From: Glaucostegus cemiculus
Lineage: Eukaryota
Assembly (NCBI GenBank): GCA_976551045.1
Contig: CDPCPM010000012.1
Coordinates: 2,046,001 to 2,110,000, forward strand
Direction of reading: 5' to 3'
Length of the DNA stretch: 64,000 bases
Under the pieces are notes generated by a model. The model searched no databases. It was not told the origin of the DNA and worked only from the letters and a program-made list of their open reading frames with translations. The position numbers were made by a program, and so were the translations under genes. Positions 41,570 through 54,640 of this stretch are shown here, one piece after another. Every line of letters starts with the position of its first letter. Positions within the stretch are counted from its first letter, which is position 1.

Positions 41570-41912
41570 CCAATAACAGCACAGAAGGCGGCCATTTGGT
41601 CTATTGGGTTCATACCATCTTCCAGGAGAGCAATCTCATTAATCCCATTATCCCCACAATTCATTCTCTCTCACACAAGCCCACCAACTCCACTTTGATT
41701 CTTTTTGCCAAATTAAGCAACACTACAGTTTACAGTAAACCAATTAATCTACTATCAGTAAATCTTTGGGATGAAGAAAGAAATAGAAGGAAATCTGTGT
41801 GGTCAAAAAAAGAACATGCAAATTTCATACAGACAGCAGCAAGGTCAGGATTGAATCCAGATCCCCGGAGCCATGAGGCAGCAGCACTAACTGCTGCACC
41901 ACTGTGCCACAT
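41570..41912 (-). mobile_element. Older diverged V-SINE
   Basis: Minus GGCACAGTGGTGCAGCAGTTAGTGCTGCTGCCTCA head, GGGTTCAATCC B-box, TTTGCATGTTCT V-domain remnant. Confidence 0.7.
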
Positions 41913-42289
41913 GAGGTAGAATTAGTAGTGCAAATTTTTCTGAAGCTTTCATAAAGTGCTTAACTTCACATATGACTGAGTTTGAGACAATACGATGGGA
42001 ATCACCCTTCATCATTCATAGTTTGAATAAGTAAATATTATTGAATATTATTCCTGACAATTGTGATAATATATTATTAGGTGAAAGCAATCTTCCAAAA
42101 AACTCATAGTCTTTATAATGTGATGAATATATTCACTGAACCCATTAATTAAATATATTTCCCACAATAAAGTGGCACAGGATTCCATTAAATGTGTTTT
42201 CAGAAGGAGTTACTCTACAATAATTAAGTCAATCTTCGGTCATTAAACATATGTGAACAAATAAGTGTATTTCTCTGTGGTTACAAATC

Positions 42290-42295
42290 TTTATT
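42290..42295 (-). terminator. Candidate polyadenylation signal (AATAAA) of a short ADAMTS9 isoform
   Basis: Plus-strand TTTATT = minus AATAAA; first canonical hexamer I found downstream of the read-through stop at 44927-44929; followed by a U/GU-rich tract (minus TTATTTGTTCACATATGTTT). Confidence 0.45.
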
Positions 42296-44935
42296 TTTGT
42301 CTGTGGTGCAAGCTTTTTCTCTATAATTAGCTTTATATTGAAACTTGAATGACAAAGCTAGCGCTAGTAATGTAGAAACGACATGATACAAAACATTTAA
42401 CAAAATCCACAATGAAAATGAGCACCATCACACTAGTTGTTCATTGGCTAAAACTGTCCAAGTCAGTATCGGATTTTGTTAGATTATCTTGTATCTCTAG
42501 GATGAACAAACACAAATCTTTTTTCACTTATGATTAAATTTACACTGTAAAAACAGTTCAAAAACATTGTTTAATATTTAGGTTTAATATAAACCTGTCA
42601 ACTGTACAGAACTCTTTTGTACACATTATTAAATCAAATATATAGAAGATACATTTCTATGGATGTTGGCAATTAGCACCAGGATTCCCCACGCACAAAA
42701 ACATAATTAAACATTTCATCTGCTCAGAATATGCCACAATCATAATCTTTACTGTGCACCATAAAATATTTACACATTTTTAAATGGGAGCAAATACTTC
42801 ATTAATAAATTAAGCTCTTTAGCAATATGTACATTATTTTTTGTATATAAATGCTTAAATTGCCAGGGTATCTAATGTATAAAAGCAGTTATCCAGACAA
42901 AACTGTTGATATTACTTTTAAACCCAAATTTAATAAACTGTGAATGGAATAAAAAAACCTAGAAATAAGAGATAGTATCTCTGATCTATATATGACATTG
43001 AATGGAGAATATTGTGGAGGAGAGGCTCAAAATGATAAAAAAAATGAAAACATCACTGCAAACCAACAGCATCCTGTTTGTAAATATTTAGCAAAATTGT
43101 TTTAATACAGAATGTTTGTCCTTTTTGCCGCTGTACATTTGTTTATGTTATTTTACATGAAAGAGTGTGTCTACACTGCTCACAGAGAATCTGGCTCATT
43201 GGCAAGTCAGATTCATTAAATTATTCCCCAAGTGTTTTGCCACAAATTTGTTTTACATTAATAAGCATTTCCATTCTATTAACGTTCTTAATAAGCATAT
43301 CTGATAGTGGCAAGGCAGTTATGAGTTTGATTGGAATCCAACAAACTCCAATTTACTGAGGTCATTGGTTAATGTTTATGAGCTCATAGGTAAGACAAAA
43401 AAAAATCACCTTACCCAAAAATCAAAGTAACCAAGGCTAACATTTCCCACTGTAGACAGTAAAATGCAGGGGCATGTCTATGGTTTATCCATATTCACCC
43501 GTGTTTGCATGAGATGTTCCCTTGATTTTTCTTATGTACATGTGCAAAATGGAATTTTTTTCTGCTTTATAATTTGCCAGTGTGCACAGGCAATTCAAAT
43601 AGCTAATGTAAAATAAACCAGACAATCCTGTGTGCCTAATTACTCCAAAAGTTCAGTTTGTTAATGCTGCATTGTTCGGACCTGAGGTAACCAAAAAAAC
43701 TACAAAGGCTGGGAATGTGATCAAGAAATGAAGATATAAATAAGCACATGCATTTGAACCTTGGATCACAATACAAAAACATAATTGCCTAAGCACAGTC
43801 ACTTACCTGTGATACACAATCTTATCTGTGCATACATCACATCAATCAGTAACATTTCAACTGCTGTAGTAATTTTGCTGTATACCACGCCAGCGATTTA
43901 AATGTAAACACATTGACGAACACTGCACATATTATGTTCTCACAGAAAAACCTAAAATTATGGAGAGCTTTGACCAAGAACTGAATCAGTAAATTCCCTT
44001 ATTAACATGCTGTTTATAAGTTTCTGAGGTGATAAGTTGGTGTTCAAGTAGAGAGTGATTAGATCTATTGACCCTTTCTTGCATGTCTTGTTTTTGATAA
44101 GAAACTAAAAGACCATAATAGAAAACTACCTGAGAAGTTATGTGACAATTCAAAAATTACTTGTTAAATTTTTGAACTGACGTATTACTTCTTACAGACA
44201 TGAAGATGGGAACAGTAGATGGTACTGATGAGGAGACCAAGTAGCTTGGTCAAATTTTGATGAAGGATTTTTTGAAATACTTAAAGGAGATATAATTTGT
44301 TACAGCTGTACATACAGTTTGTAATATGACACATGCTGAATGCTAATATGATATTTTTAAGAGATGAGTGGGTTGAAGCTGGGTTGTGATGTCAGTTGTA
44401 CTTAAGCTATGAGGCAGAATTTAATGTTGCTTAGGTGGGTTCCAAGCCCCACCTGACTTTCAGTTCCATCTAAATTAATGGAAATGAAAATCAGTGAGTG
44501 CATATGAAGAATGATCAATTTGTCTCTGAAGCCAAAGTTCACCCCTCGGATTGGTGACAGTTTTGAGAGGTAAAATGGCCTTCCATAGCATAACACAAAT
44601 CCAATATCTCTGCTCAGTAAGAGGATGAACTTAAAAAGCCTACTAAATACTTAGAACCTAAAGACCTCAAAAGAGAGCAACCACAAGCTCCCAGCTAATT
44701 TTGTTATGAAAAGACACTTTTGCACCAATTGCCTGTGACTTGAGGTACATACTGTGTACTATTACTGGCCTTTATAATTATTAACAGCAGCACGGATTCA
44801 ATTCGGAAATAATAAATGTAAACTCACAAAGGTGAACATTTACAAAACTATACCCTGGCATTAAGCAAAACTTTTATAAACTAATGTATCCATAGAGTGA
44901 TGAACTAAGTTATATAAATAGAAGGATTATCGTAC

Positions 44936-45112
44936 CGAGCTCCAACGACCTCTGTGCCAGACATCATCTGTAGGACAAGCTCGAGTATTGCATTGTTCAC
45001 GGTCAGGAGGTTTGTCAAGAATCTCACAGTTCTGATCATTTAGCCTTTGGCCGTTTGGAAGCTGACAAATAACTAGTCTTGTTCTTGCTCCCCCACCACA
45101 GACCTGGGTGCA
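44936..45112 (-). CDS. ADAMTS9: ADAMTS9 exon, TSR10 and first residues of TSR11: [59 protein letters not shown]
   Basis: 177 bp, phase 0-0; tttatAG acceptor, weak donor TCG|gtacga; [15 protein letters not shown] matches recalled ADAMTS9. Last recognisable exon in the window. Confidence 0.95.
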
Positions 45113-46289
45113 CTATAAATTTAATACCAACAACATATTCATTAAAAAGTGATAATTTTGCAACAAAAGAGAGGAAAGGAAGGTTGAACAACAGTAATTC
45201 TGTTCAGAAACCAAAACAAGCATTTTGGAAATAACAGCAGTGTGAAATAAAATAAATTAGATGTGTACAAGGAAAAGATTTTTGGAACTTTAAAGCATCG
45301 AGAATATTATCTCACATTTTATTTTCTGATTTATTAATAGCAACATGCAGAATAATAAATCATTCTAACCAGAGAGGTAAGAGCAGAACTTGAAATGAAA
45401 GAAAACAGCAAGGAAGCTTGCTCAGAACTTGGTCGACATTTCTTTAGGATGAATGTAGAGTTCACAATATGGAATGCACAATCTAGGCTTTATAAACTGC
45501 CTCACACTTAATGAACTTTCCATTGCTACTAAGTTTGGTAACTAATGAATCATAAAGCAATAATTGCAAAATAGTTTATGTAGCAATTCAGAGAAGAATA
45601 TTTTTTCATTAAACAAAGGGAATAACAACTGCAGTCAAGTGCTAAATCCTCTGACTATTAAACATGCAGTGAAACATTAGGGAATATTGTTTATATCTTA
45701 TTATTAAGAATGACCTATCAAAGTACAGAGCAGAGGAGCGAGAGAGTATAATTCATTCCTGAGCCTGATTTGTGATTTGAATATATTATGTGTGAGCAGC
45801 TTCTCAACTCATTTCACACATCCTTCAATATTACGCTTTTTTATCTTTAGTCAAAATAAACTGATCCTAGTATTGAATGTTCCAATGAAATCTATATCGA
45901 TAGTGAGTTTTAGGTTTTCATTATCCTTGGCATAAATTCATGCTTCCTGATTGCACACCTTATTAGCTTAGTTACAATTTTAAGACAAACAACTATTCTG
46001 TTCTGGATTACACCACACCCTACAAAAAATGTGTCTATGCATCTTCTTTAGATCATATTTGAATCTTCTATATTAAAGAGAATACCGGCCAAATTTAGAA
46101 AACCTATCCTCATAATTTAGTCCAATAAGTCATTCTTGTTAATCAGTGGTCAACACTGATCAAGACAAATATACATTCATTGAAACCTGGTGCCTAAAAC
46201 TGAATGCAGAATTCTAGATCAAGTGTGCCAATGGTCTATGCAATTGCAGCAGAACCTCCACGACCTGAGATTGCTGCAATTACAAACAT

Positions 46290-47350
46290 GAATAAAAAGG
46301 AGCAGGATTAACTCCTTAAGCCTGCTGAGCCATTCAGTAAGATCACCCCTGATCCAGTTTTGGCCACAACATCACTTTTCTGCTCTTTCCCCATAGCCTC
46401 TGACCCCCCTGTAGTTTAACTGTCTGTCAATCTTGACCCTGAATGTATTCGATGACTCTGCCTTTGAAGCTCTCTGAAGTAGAGAATTCCAAAGATTTTC
46501 TAAGAAATTCCCACTTATCTTCATCTTAAAGGGGCAGCCTCTCATTCTGAAGCTCTATCTCACAGTTCTAAATAACCCCACCCTTTTCTAAATAACCTCC
46601 CATTCTCTTATCACCCTCCCTTTCACACTTGCTCAGAACCTTACATGTTTTGACAAGACCACCTTTCATAAATTTCTAAATGCCACTGAGTATAAATGCA
46701 ACCCACCCAACCTCTCTCAAATATCATCCCTTTCATCCCAAGAACCAACCTAGTGAATCCTCTTTGCTCTGCTTAAAAGGCAAGTATATCATTCCTTAAA
46801 TATGGAGGCTCAAACCGTATGCATTAAATATGGACGCTCAAACCGTATGCAGTACTCCAGGCATGGTCTTACCAGCATTCTGTAAAGTTGCTTTAAAACT
46901 TCCCTGCTTTGATACTCTATATCATTTTTAATAAAGACTAATATTCCATTCACCTTCCTAATTACTTGCTGTACCAGATTCCTTTGCATTGCAATGTTTT
47001 GTAGTCTCAATCTAGTTAAGTAATAGTTTGCTTTTTCATTCTTTCTTCCAAAGTGAATAACCTCACATTTTCCCACATTATCCTCCATTTGCCAATTTCT
47101 TGTCTACTCATTTAACCTTTATATAATCTTTGCAGGTTATCTGTGTTTTCTTATAATGTGCTAACCCACTTATCTTTGCATTATCATCAATTGTGGCTGC
47201 AGTACAATTGATCCCTTTGTCCAAGTCTGTAATATAGAATGCAACTCTTTGAGGCACCATGACATGGATTACCAATCTGAAAATTATCCATTTATCCCAA
47301 ATTCCTGATTTTTGATTGTTAAACAATTCCTAAGACATGCCAATATATTA
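46290..47350 (-). mobile_element. CR1 LINE 3' fragment
   Basis: ORF 46810-47088: NVGKCEVIHFGRKN...LYRMLVRPCLEYC. Confidence 0.88.
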
Positions 47351-47782
47351 CCCCAAGGCATAACAAAACAAATATATTTTATGCTCATTGTAGACTGGGG
47401 AAAACTGTAGTTTATTGGCAAAATGCTTTAATTGAGTTTGAAATAGACGATTAGGTTCATCTATCAATGGAATATTCCCCTAATTTTCCTTGTTTGTTCA
47501 ATCTTCCCTGAGAACTGAATGCACTCTCCTTGGAGAAATTACTAGAAGATTTAAAATTTGGATTTCATAGGATAGCACTTAAACCTCATATTGATTCTGA
47601 TTAAACTGTAATTATGTAAAGGTAACATTTGCTTTGCCATCTCTGCAAACTATTAATAGGAGATTATGTGATTTGTGCCCTGAAATCAGATAAAATCTAT
47701 ATTGTATCAGTGAATTAGAGACCTTAAAACTAAGAACTAAATGCCAAATGGTGAAGAATAATAAAACTATAATGAAACACAC

Positions 47783-47944
47783 CTCTCCCCAGTTGCCATA
47801 GATCCACTGAGGACAAGGACCAGATTCACAGGACCTAATTTCAACAGGCTTAGCCTGCTCAGCACAATTACTGGCATCATAACCATCTTCATTCTGGCAA
47901 ACCACAACACGTCGTTGGAACCCTCCAGCACAAGTACTAGAACA
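47783..47944 (-). CDS. ADAMTS9: ADAMTS9 exon, TSR9: [54 protein letters not shown]
   Basis: 162 bp, phase 0-0; ttttgtAG / GAG|gtgtgt. Confidence 0.96.
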
Positions 47945-49260
47945 CTACAAAAGAAACACAGCAGAAATTGTAGAAAAATTAAAAAAGGACCATTTGATGC
48001 CTAAGTGACTCCAAAGAAAAAATTCACTGGCTTTAAATTATAAGCAAAGTGTCATTGTCTTGAATAATTAACTCTGTTCTCTCGCCACAGCTGCTGCATT
48101 GGACCTCAAAATATCTAACAAGGCCTGAAGTACCATATAAAATTTAAAGCCTTTCTTTTGAATATTGAGGGACCAATTCTGGTAATAGTGTGAGATGGGT
48201 GCGAGAGTATCACTGGCATTTATGGAATACGTGCAAGAGAATCGAGAGAGATGGCCATGTGGCAGGACATTCTCAACATTTTCAGGAGCCCTGGAGAAGA
48301 ACAAGAAATTACACATTGCGATTTTGTAAGATGGGAAAGGTAAAAGAGCAAAGGGAAGCCTTTTGAGAACAGGGTAATCATTGTGTTTTGAAAGGAACAG
48401 AAACAGTGCTCAAATAAAATGAGGTATTAACAATCTCAGTAAGAAATAAAGAAATATACTTTAGGTGATTAGAACCAGTGGGGACAAAGGGGACAGATGT
48501 AGAATGGGCAAAAGTTTACGTCCAGCAGTACTGTAAATGCTGCATGGATTACCTCAAATTCTGAAACACAGAACTTCATAATCCTGCTGGGTGTGAAGGG
48601 TTGAAGGATCAAAGAACAAATTTTGAAGAGATGGTTTGTCATTACAGGAAGTGGCTGTGGTTGCCTCAGGAGTAATCCGAGAATAGTAGGAGTATTACAC
48701 CACTGAGAGCTGGGATCATTCATCCTTGATGTGGCTATGACAAATTTGGAGGTCAATGGTATTGGTAGTTTGTGCCCTATCTGTTCCAGTCTGCCTACTT
48801 CAGACAGAAGGATGCAGAAGTGACAAGATGGTGAATGACAATGTGAGGGGTAAAAAGCAAATCAGTGGGTTGAGTATGTCGCAGGCTGAATTGGAAAGGC
48901 CAATAGTGATAGAAGCTTCTTGTCCTGTTGAGAGGCCAGAAGGAGGAGTACTGATAAAAGCAATTGGCTAGTTTGTTCAGAGGGAATAAGATAATGGCAG
49001 CAGGACAAGGATGAGAAAGGAATGGTAGAGGAGATACTGTAGTGACTGTAGAGATCCTGTGGTAAGGATATATGAGATGGCAAGGATCAGACAGTGGGTG
49101 CTTGGGAAGAAATGTTGTGGTTAAAGTTAAAGAAAGGACAAGAAAGGAAAATACAGTGGAGAGGGAAAATGCAACTATTAATGAGAGCAAGTAGGAAGTA
49201 CAAAAACAGAGTAATTAGTACACATGTCCAAATAACCAACGTGAACCAACAATGACTTAC

Positions 49261-49512
49261 TGCTCCCCAAGGTCCAGTTCTCCACTGACTTCCTCGGAGT
49301 TGGGTATAATCTGGGTCACCATGTGTGGGCAACATCTTCGGACGAGGAAATAGGTGACTGTTGTGTCGATGACTACAAGATGGCATGGAGCACTCTTGTT
49401 CAGTTCGTGGCTGATCATCAGGGTCACACTCATTCTCACTAACAATCTGATTCTTGTAACTCATGCAAATCACATGACGTGTTGCTTTACCTTGGCCACA
49501 GGTCACTGAACA
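49261..49512 (-). CDS. ADAMTS9: ADAMTS9 exon, TSR8 plus linker 2: CSVTCGQGKATRHVICMSYKNQIVSENECDPDDQPRTEQECSMPSC...SQWRTGPWGA
   Basis: 252 bp, phase 0-0; atgtAG / GCA|gtaagt; QWRTGPWGA conserved. Confidence 0.95.
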
Positions 49513-49764
49513 CTACATTGAATAAAAAAAGATAAGAGCAGATGACACCCTTTATGTCTGAAACAACGTCAAATAAACAAGAAAAAAAAACTTAAGCTAA
49601 GCAAGATAAATTATGTAAAGAGGTATAGAGTAGACTAAATTCACCAATGTGGATCAGGTATAATGCCTTGAAACCTCAAAGATTCAAATAGGTAAGAGGC
49701 TCAGTTGCAGGTCAATTGGCATCTGATGGACAGGGAGCACAAATTACCATCTATCATTTATAAA

Positions 49765-50013
49765 ACAATAGCATAGCGGTTAGCGTGACGCTGTTACAGC
49801 GCCAGCGGTCGGAGTTCGATTCCCATCGCTGACTGTAAGGAGTTTGTACGTTCTCCCGTGTCTGCGTGGGTTTCCTCCGGGTGCTCCGGTTTCCTCCCAC
49901 ATTCTGAAAGACGTACGGGTAGGTTAATTTGGGGGTGTAAAATGGGTGGCGCGGACTCGTTGGGCTGAAAGGGCCTGTTACCACGCTGTAAATAAAAAAT
50001 ACTAAAAAAAAAA
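49765..50013 (+). mobile_element. Young V-SINE (HE1-like)
   Basis: tRNA-like head (GAGTTCGATTCC), V-domain, tail GGGCTGAAAGGGCCTGTTACCACGCTGTAAATAAAAAA. Confidence 0.9.
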
Positions 50014-50858
50014 TTTGAATTAAAATGCCAATTTACCACAACATGCCCACAACAAAGTGCAATCTGTGAATTATTGTGAAAGGGAAGTGGACATTAAAAA
50101 AAAATGTAGTCTGTTTAACATGGTAACAGGGGCATGATGAGGAACCCGACTTTAATTTAATGTGTATTTTCAAGAGCTGAAAAGAGCTTTTGACTTCTTA
50201 CCTGTAATTTTTTGCAAATCTAATACATACCATCCTCACGTTACATTTATAAAATATAAAGCAATGTGTACAATTCTTTCATTGTGGAAAGCTAGATAGA
50301 ACTCTCTGCATAGTAGATATTGAGATTTGCACCAGTTAATTACTTAAGCATCATAATTATAAGCAAGGAATGCTTGTTATAGGAAGAAAATATTTCATAA
50401 TTAATTTTGAGTTTAGAAAATCATACACTGAAATATAGACAGGCAAAGTGGGGAAACAAATTACCCCTCAACTCCCTGACATTGTTCCAGGAACATCACA
50501 ATGTTTTGCAGCTGTTATATTATTTACCAACAGAAGTCATGTTATTTTATTACTTGTATATGGTTCAGTGCACTGCATTATAAAACTGCAAAATAAATTT
50601 TTCAAGACAATGCAATCCCGACACTAATTGTGCAGAAAGCTGACAAGGATAAATGAATATTTTCAAATGAGCCATGCCTATTTTGAACATACGTCTACTT
50701 TTCACTAATACAACCATGTGCATTAAAACATTGGGTCTAAATTAAATATAGTTTTTTGACAAAATCCAATATGAATGGAATATAATGCTTCTTGTGAAAT
50801 ACCTCCAATGCCTATTTGGTTTAGCAGCTGTAATAAAGTTCAGGACAATATTTCTAAC

Positions 50859-51026
50859 CTGTGTCCATTCACGAGTCTTCCAACGACCACATGGGATAAC
50901 AACACATTCTTCTCTAGATGGCGGTTTTGGAAGATGCAGGCAAGCCGACTCATCAGCCACAGCACCATGGAGGTCACGACAGCTAACATATCGCTCTTTT
51001 GTTCCTTTTCCACAGGTAGCAGAACA
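50859..51026 (-). CDS. ADAMTS9: ADAMTS9 exon, TSR7: [56 protein letters not shown]
   Basis: 168 bp, phase 0-0; caacAG / CAG|gttaga. Confidence 0.95.
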
Positions 51027-51276
51027 CTGTTGAATGAGAATGGTTATGCGCATTTTGTTGGCAATTTCTTTTCAAGATAAACTTTAAACAAAACTACTTT
51101 TTTTAAAAAAGTCATGTTAATATTAACTTATAATGACAATAAATAAACAGTAATTGATATTAATTCACCATCAATGTCATAAATTATTCATTATTTGTTC
51201 ATTAATAGCTCTTCCTTATGTCATTTTATTGATTAAGTCATTACTTAATGTTAATAGTAAATTTAAATATGTATAC

Positions 51277-51384
51277 TGGAGTCCAGGATCCAAATCGCCA
51301 CTTAGTTGTGTAGGTCATTTGATTGGGTATTCTTTCGTCCCTTCCACCTGGATGTACATCAGGGCAAGAAGTTATTTCACAGTC
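51277..51384 (-). CDS. ADAMTS9: ADAMTS9 exon, end TSR6 plus linker 1: DCEITSCPDVHPGGRDERIPNQMTYTTKWRFGSWTP
   Basis: 108 bp, phase 0-0; ttacAG / CCA|gtatac; WRFGSWTP conserved. Confidence 0.93.
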
Positions 51385-51619
51385 CTGTAACATAAAACAC
51401 TTGGCTGAAAGTAAATTTATGTTTTCATGTCTTTCAATTAATAGTAATTATCTAAAAGTAAAATTAAATTTTTATTCCTAAGATCTCTCTGCCAAAAGCA
51501 GCTCAAAACTCTTCACATTTACAATTTTTTGATACTATTTTGCCTAATAAGATATCACAAACTACAATGACTTATAAGACCAATTGTTTTGGCATTGTGG
51601 TGATGTTACAAATAATTAC

Positions 51620-51739
51620 CTGTGTATCTCTAGGCCTGGTGGCAGCGTTGCATTCATTGTCATTGACAATTGTGCCATATGAGCCTGCAACACATCTTAC
51701 AGCTCGCATCTGATAGCCTGTCCCACATGTGGCTGTGCA
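51620..51739 (-). CDS. ADAMTS9: ADAMTS9 exon, TSR6: [40 protein letters not shown]
   Basis: 120 bp, phase 0-0; tttgcAG / CAG|gtaatt; CNAATRP.DTQ matches ADAMTS9. Not in the ORF track; translated by hand. Confidence 0.95.
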
Positions 51740-53329
51740 CTGCAAACAGGAGACATTTTTAACTCCTAGTCACAACAAAGACACATTTTCAAAGGTACCA
51801 TATAATGTTAGAGTTATAAAAACAATCAAAATTGCAAAATAATTTGCAAACTTTCATTTAACTGTATCATATTAATGGTCCCATCTCAGACCTGAGAAAT
51901 TTCCTAGACAGTGATCTTCTTTCAAGTACATAGAGAAAGAAGAGGAAGAGAATCAGAAAAGTAATTATCACCTTCACCATGTGGACAGCAATCTGACAGA
52001 GCAGAAATTAATGTAAAGAATATCAGGTAGATTCTACAGAGTGCAGACAGGTCACTATTATGTTTCCACCTGGTGAAATAAGATTTAGTGCAATTAAAAA
52101 ATTATAATGTTCGAGCATAAATAAAAAAGGGTGAAGACTGAACATTGCAGCTCTAAAAATTTAAGGGAACTCAGTTAAGAAAGATGAAAGTGAAAATGGT
52201 CAGAGACAAAAGATGTGTGCAGAGCAATGTTTATTACTGTGACAGAACACCTCATTTGAGACAATCTTGGATTAATCAAAGCTACAAAAGTTGAAAAAAG
52301 TATGACTTTCCAATGGATATCTTGGGAACATTATGTCTAATATCAACCATAAATTATGTATACCTGAAAAACTAGAAGAAATGATTAATACTTTCTATCT
52401 GATCACTTCTAGCTGACTTCAAGGGCCAGCTCAATAGTTAGTGCACATCATTCATTTAATGCTTTCAAATCATTATTTTCCCAGTGATTGGCAAACATGA
52501 CATGTGAATGCAAAATAAATCTATGTCACAAGTCTGTACTTATAAAACTCTTGCACATCAATACTTTTTCAAAAACATATGAACATTGTTTTAATTTTCA
52601 TATTTACTGCTCTTCTATATTTTTGAAAAAATGGAACTACTGAGATTAGAATCTTATAATATGGTTAGAACCAATTCAATAATTTTACAACATTTTTCTA
52701 AAAGGTATCCTACATGTTCCATAGAGTTAGAAAATAGGGATTTTTCACAGTATTACTTTTTGCATAAGGATATACAATCGTGAATTTCCTTGTAATTCAT
52801 CTTAGTTAAAGTATGCATTTTATTTTAGTAGGAAATCTATCTCATATTGTGGTGGGGAGGAGGAAAACCAATATAGCTCCAGGTTGCCTAGGAGTTTAGG
52901 GTTTCAGAGTAAATTTTGTCCTGAAATTCTCTTTTCTATTCTCCATCTCCAAATACTTATCCTTCACGCATTTGCTTACTCCCACTGGGCTACATGTATC
53001 GTCACACTGCCATAATTCACTCCCCTTCTATTACAATCCCCTTGCTCCTATCACATCCACTATCTTTTCCTTTTGAATTATCCACAATATCCTTCTCCCT
53101 TTCTTGTTCAACTGTCACTTGACTAAGGTAGAGGGAGAAGACATTTTAAGTTATACCAAGACTTTTTTTTAATTGTTTTTTTATTTTCTGTGTTGCAACA
53201 CCATGCACAAGTAATTTAGTTTTTGATCAGGACGGTACTGTTATAGATAGATTCCTTTTAAAAAGGAACTTTGTCATTTGAGATAAGAAAGTGAAGCTGT
53301 GACTTTCAGAGGTCTTCAAGGACATAAAA

Positions 53330-54640
53330 CATAGAAACACAGAGAAGTAGGAGGAGGAGGAGCAGGAGTAGGCTATCCGGTCTTTGAACCTGCTCTGCCA
53401 TTCAATACAAACATGACTGCTCCGTCATTTCAATACCATATTCCTGATTTCTCTTCATACCCACTGAGGCCTGTAGAGTCAAAAAATCTATCTATCTCAT
53501 TTTTAAATATCTTTAGTCACATCTTGCATCACCTTTTGCAGTACAGTATACCACAGATTTCAGGTTCATTACCCACTGAGTGAAGAAATCTCAATTTTGC
53601 CTCAACTCATTCCAAATGTCTTGCTGGTATCCAGAGACAGTAACCTCTTATTCTAGACCCTTCTCCTTCCACAACGATCCTCAGGGAAACATCCTTCTTG
53701 CACCCAGTCTGTGTAGCCCTGCCCAAATTTTGAATGTTGCAATGAAATCCCTTCTCATTATTCTAAAATCCAGCAAAATACTGTTCTAGTTAACCCACAT
53801 TTCTCCTCATACAACAGTCCTATTGTCCCAGGGATCAATCTGGAGAACCTTCGCTGTCCTTCCTCTGTAGGAAGTATATCCTTTGTTAGGTAAGACCACC
53901 GAAACTGCACACAGATTTTACCAATCCTATATAAATGTAGTTAGACACCCTTGCTTGAGTATTCAAAACCTCTTTCAATGAAGGCCAAAGTACCAGTAAC
54001 TGCTTGCAGGACCTGCATATGTGCTTTCAGTGACTGCTGTCACAAGGACATGAAGGTCCCTTTGTATGTCTACATTTCCCAATCTCCGGAACTCCACCAC
54101 CAAGGACAAAGGCAGCAGAAGCATGGGAAAACCACCACCTACAGGTTCCCCTCCAAGTCAAGCACCATCTTGACAAGATTTATAGCTGGTACTTCATCAT
54201 CATTGGATCTAAAGGCTGGCAATTCTTCCCTAACAGTACTGTGGGAAGACCTTCACTCAAAGGACTGCAGTGGTTCAAGAAGGCAGCTGACTATCACCTT
54301 CTTGAGGGCAGTTGGGGACAGGCAATAAATGCTGGCCTTGCCAGCAACACCCAGATCCCAAAAATGAATGTAAAATCTATCACCATTTAAATAGTATTCT
54401 GCTTTCCTGTTTTCCAGTCAAAATGGATAACAACATCTGCCATTTATTTGCACAGTTATTCAACTTGTCTAAAAGTGCCCTCTGCATCCTTCTCATAACT
54501 CACCATCCCACCAGGTTTCATGTCATTAGCAAACCAAGAAATATTATATTCGGCTCCCTAATCCAAATTATTGAAACATAGTGTAGAATAGCTGAAACCC
54601 GTTCCATAGCTACTTCTTTGTTTCCTGTCCATCAACCAGT
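53330..54640 (-). mobile_element. CR1 remnant with an inserted plus-strand LINE 3' end (54090-54375)
   Basis: CR1 tail AGGAGCAGGAGTAGGCTATCCGG near 53360; insert ends GGCAATAAATGCTGGCCTTGCCAGC. Confidence 0.75.

Noticed and set aside
242-44596. Short ORFs of the six-frame track as independent or nested genes
   Set aside because: No recognisable domains apart from transposon remnants; lengths are as expected by chance; no consistent exon chain.
48300-49100. Additional L2-like remnant on the minus strand
   Set aside because: Too degenerate to support with specific motifs.
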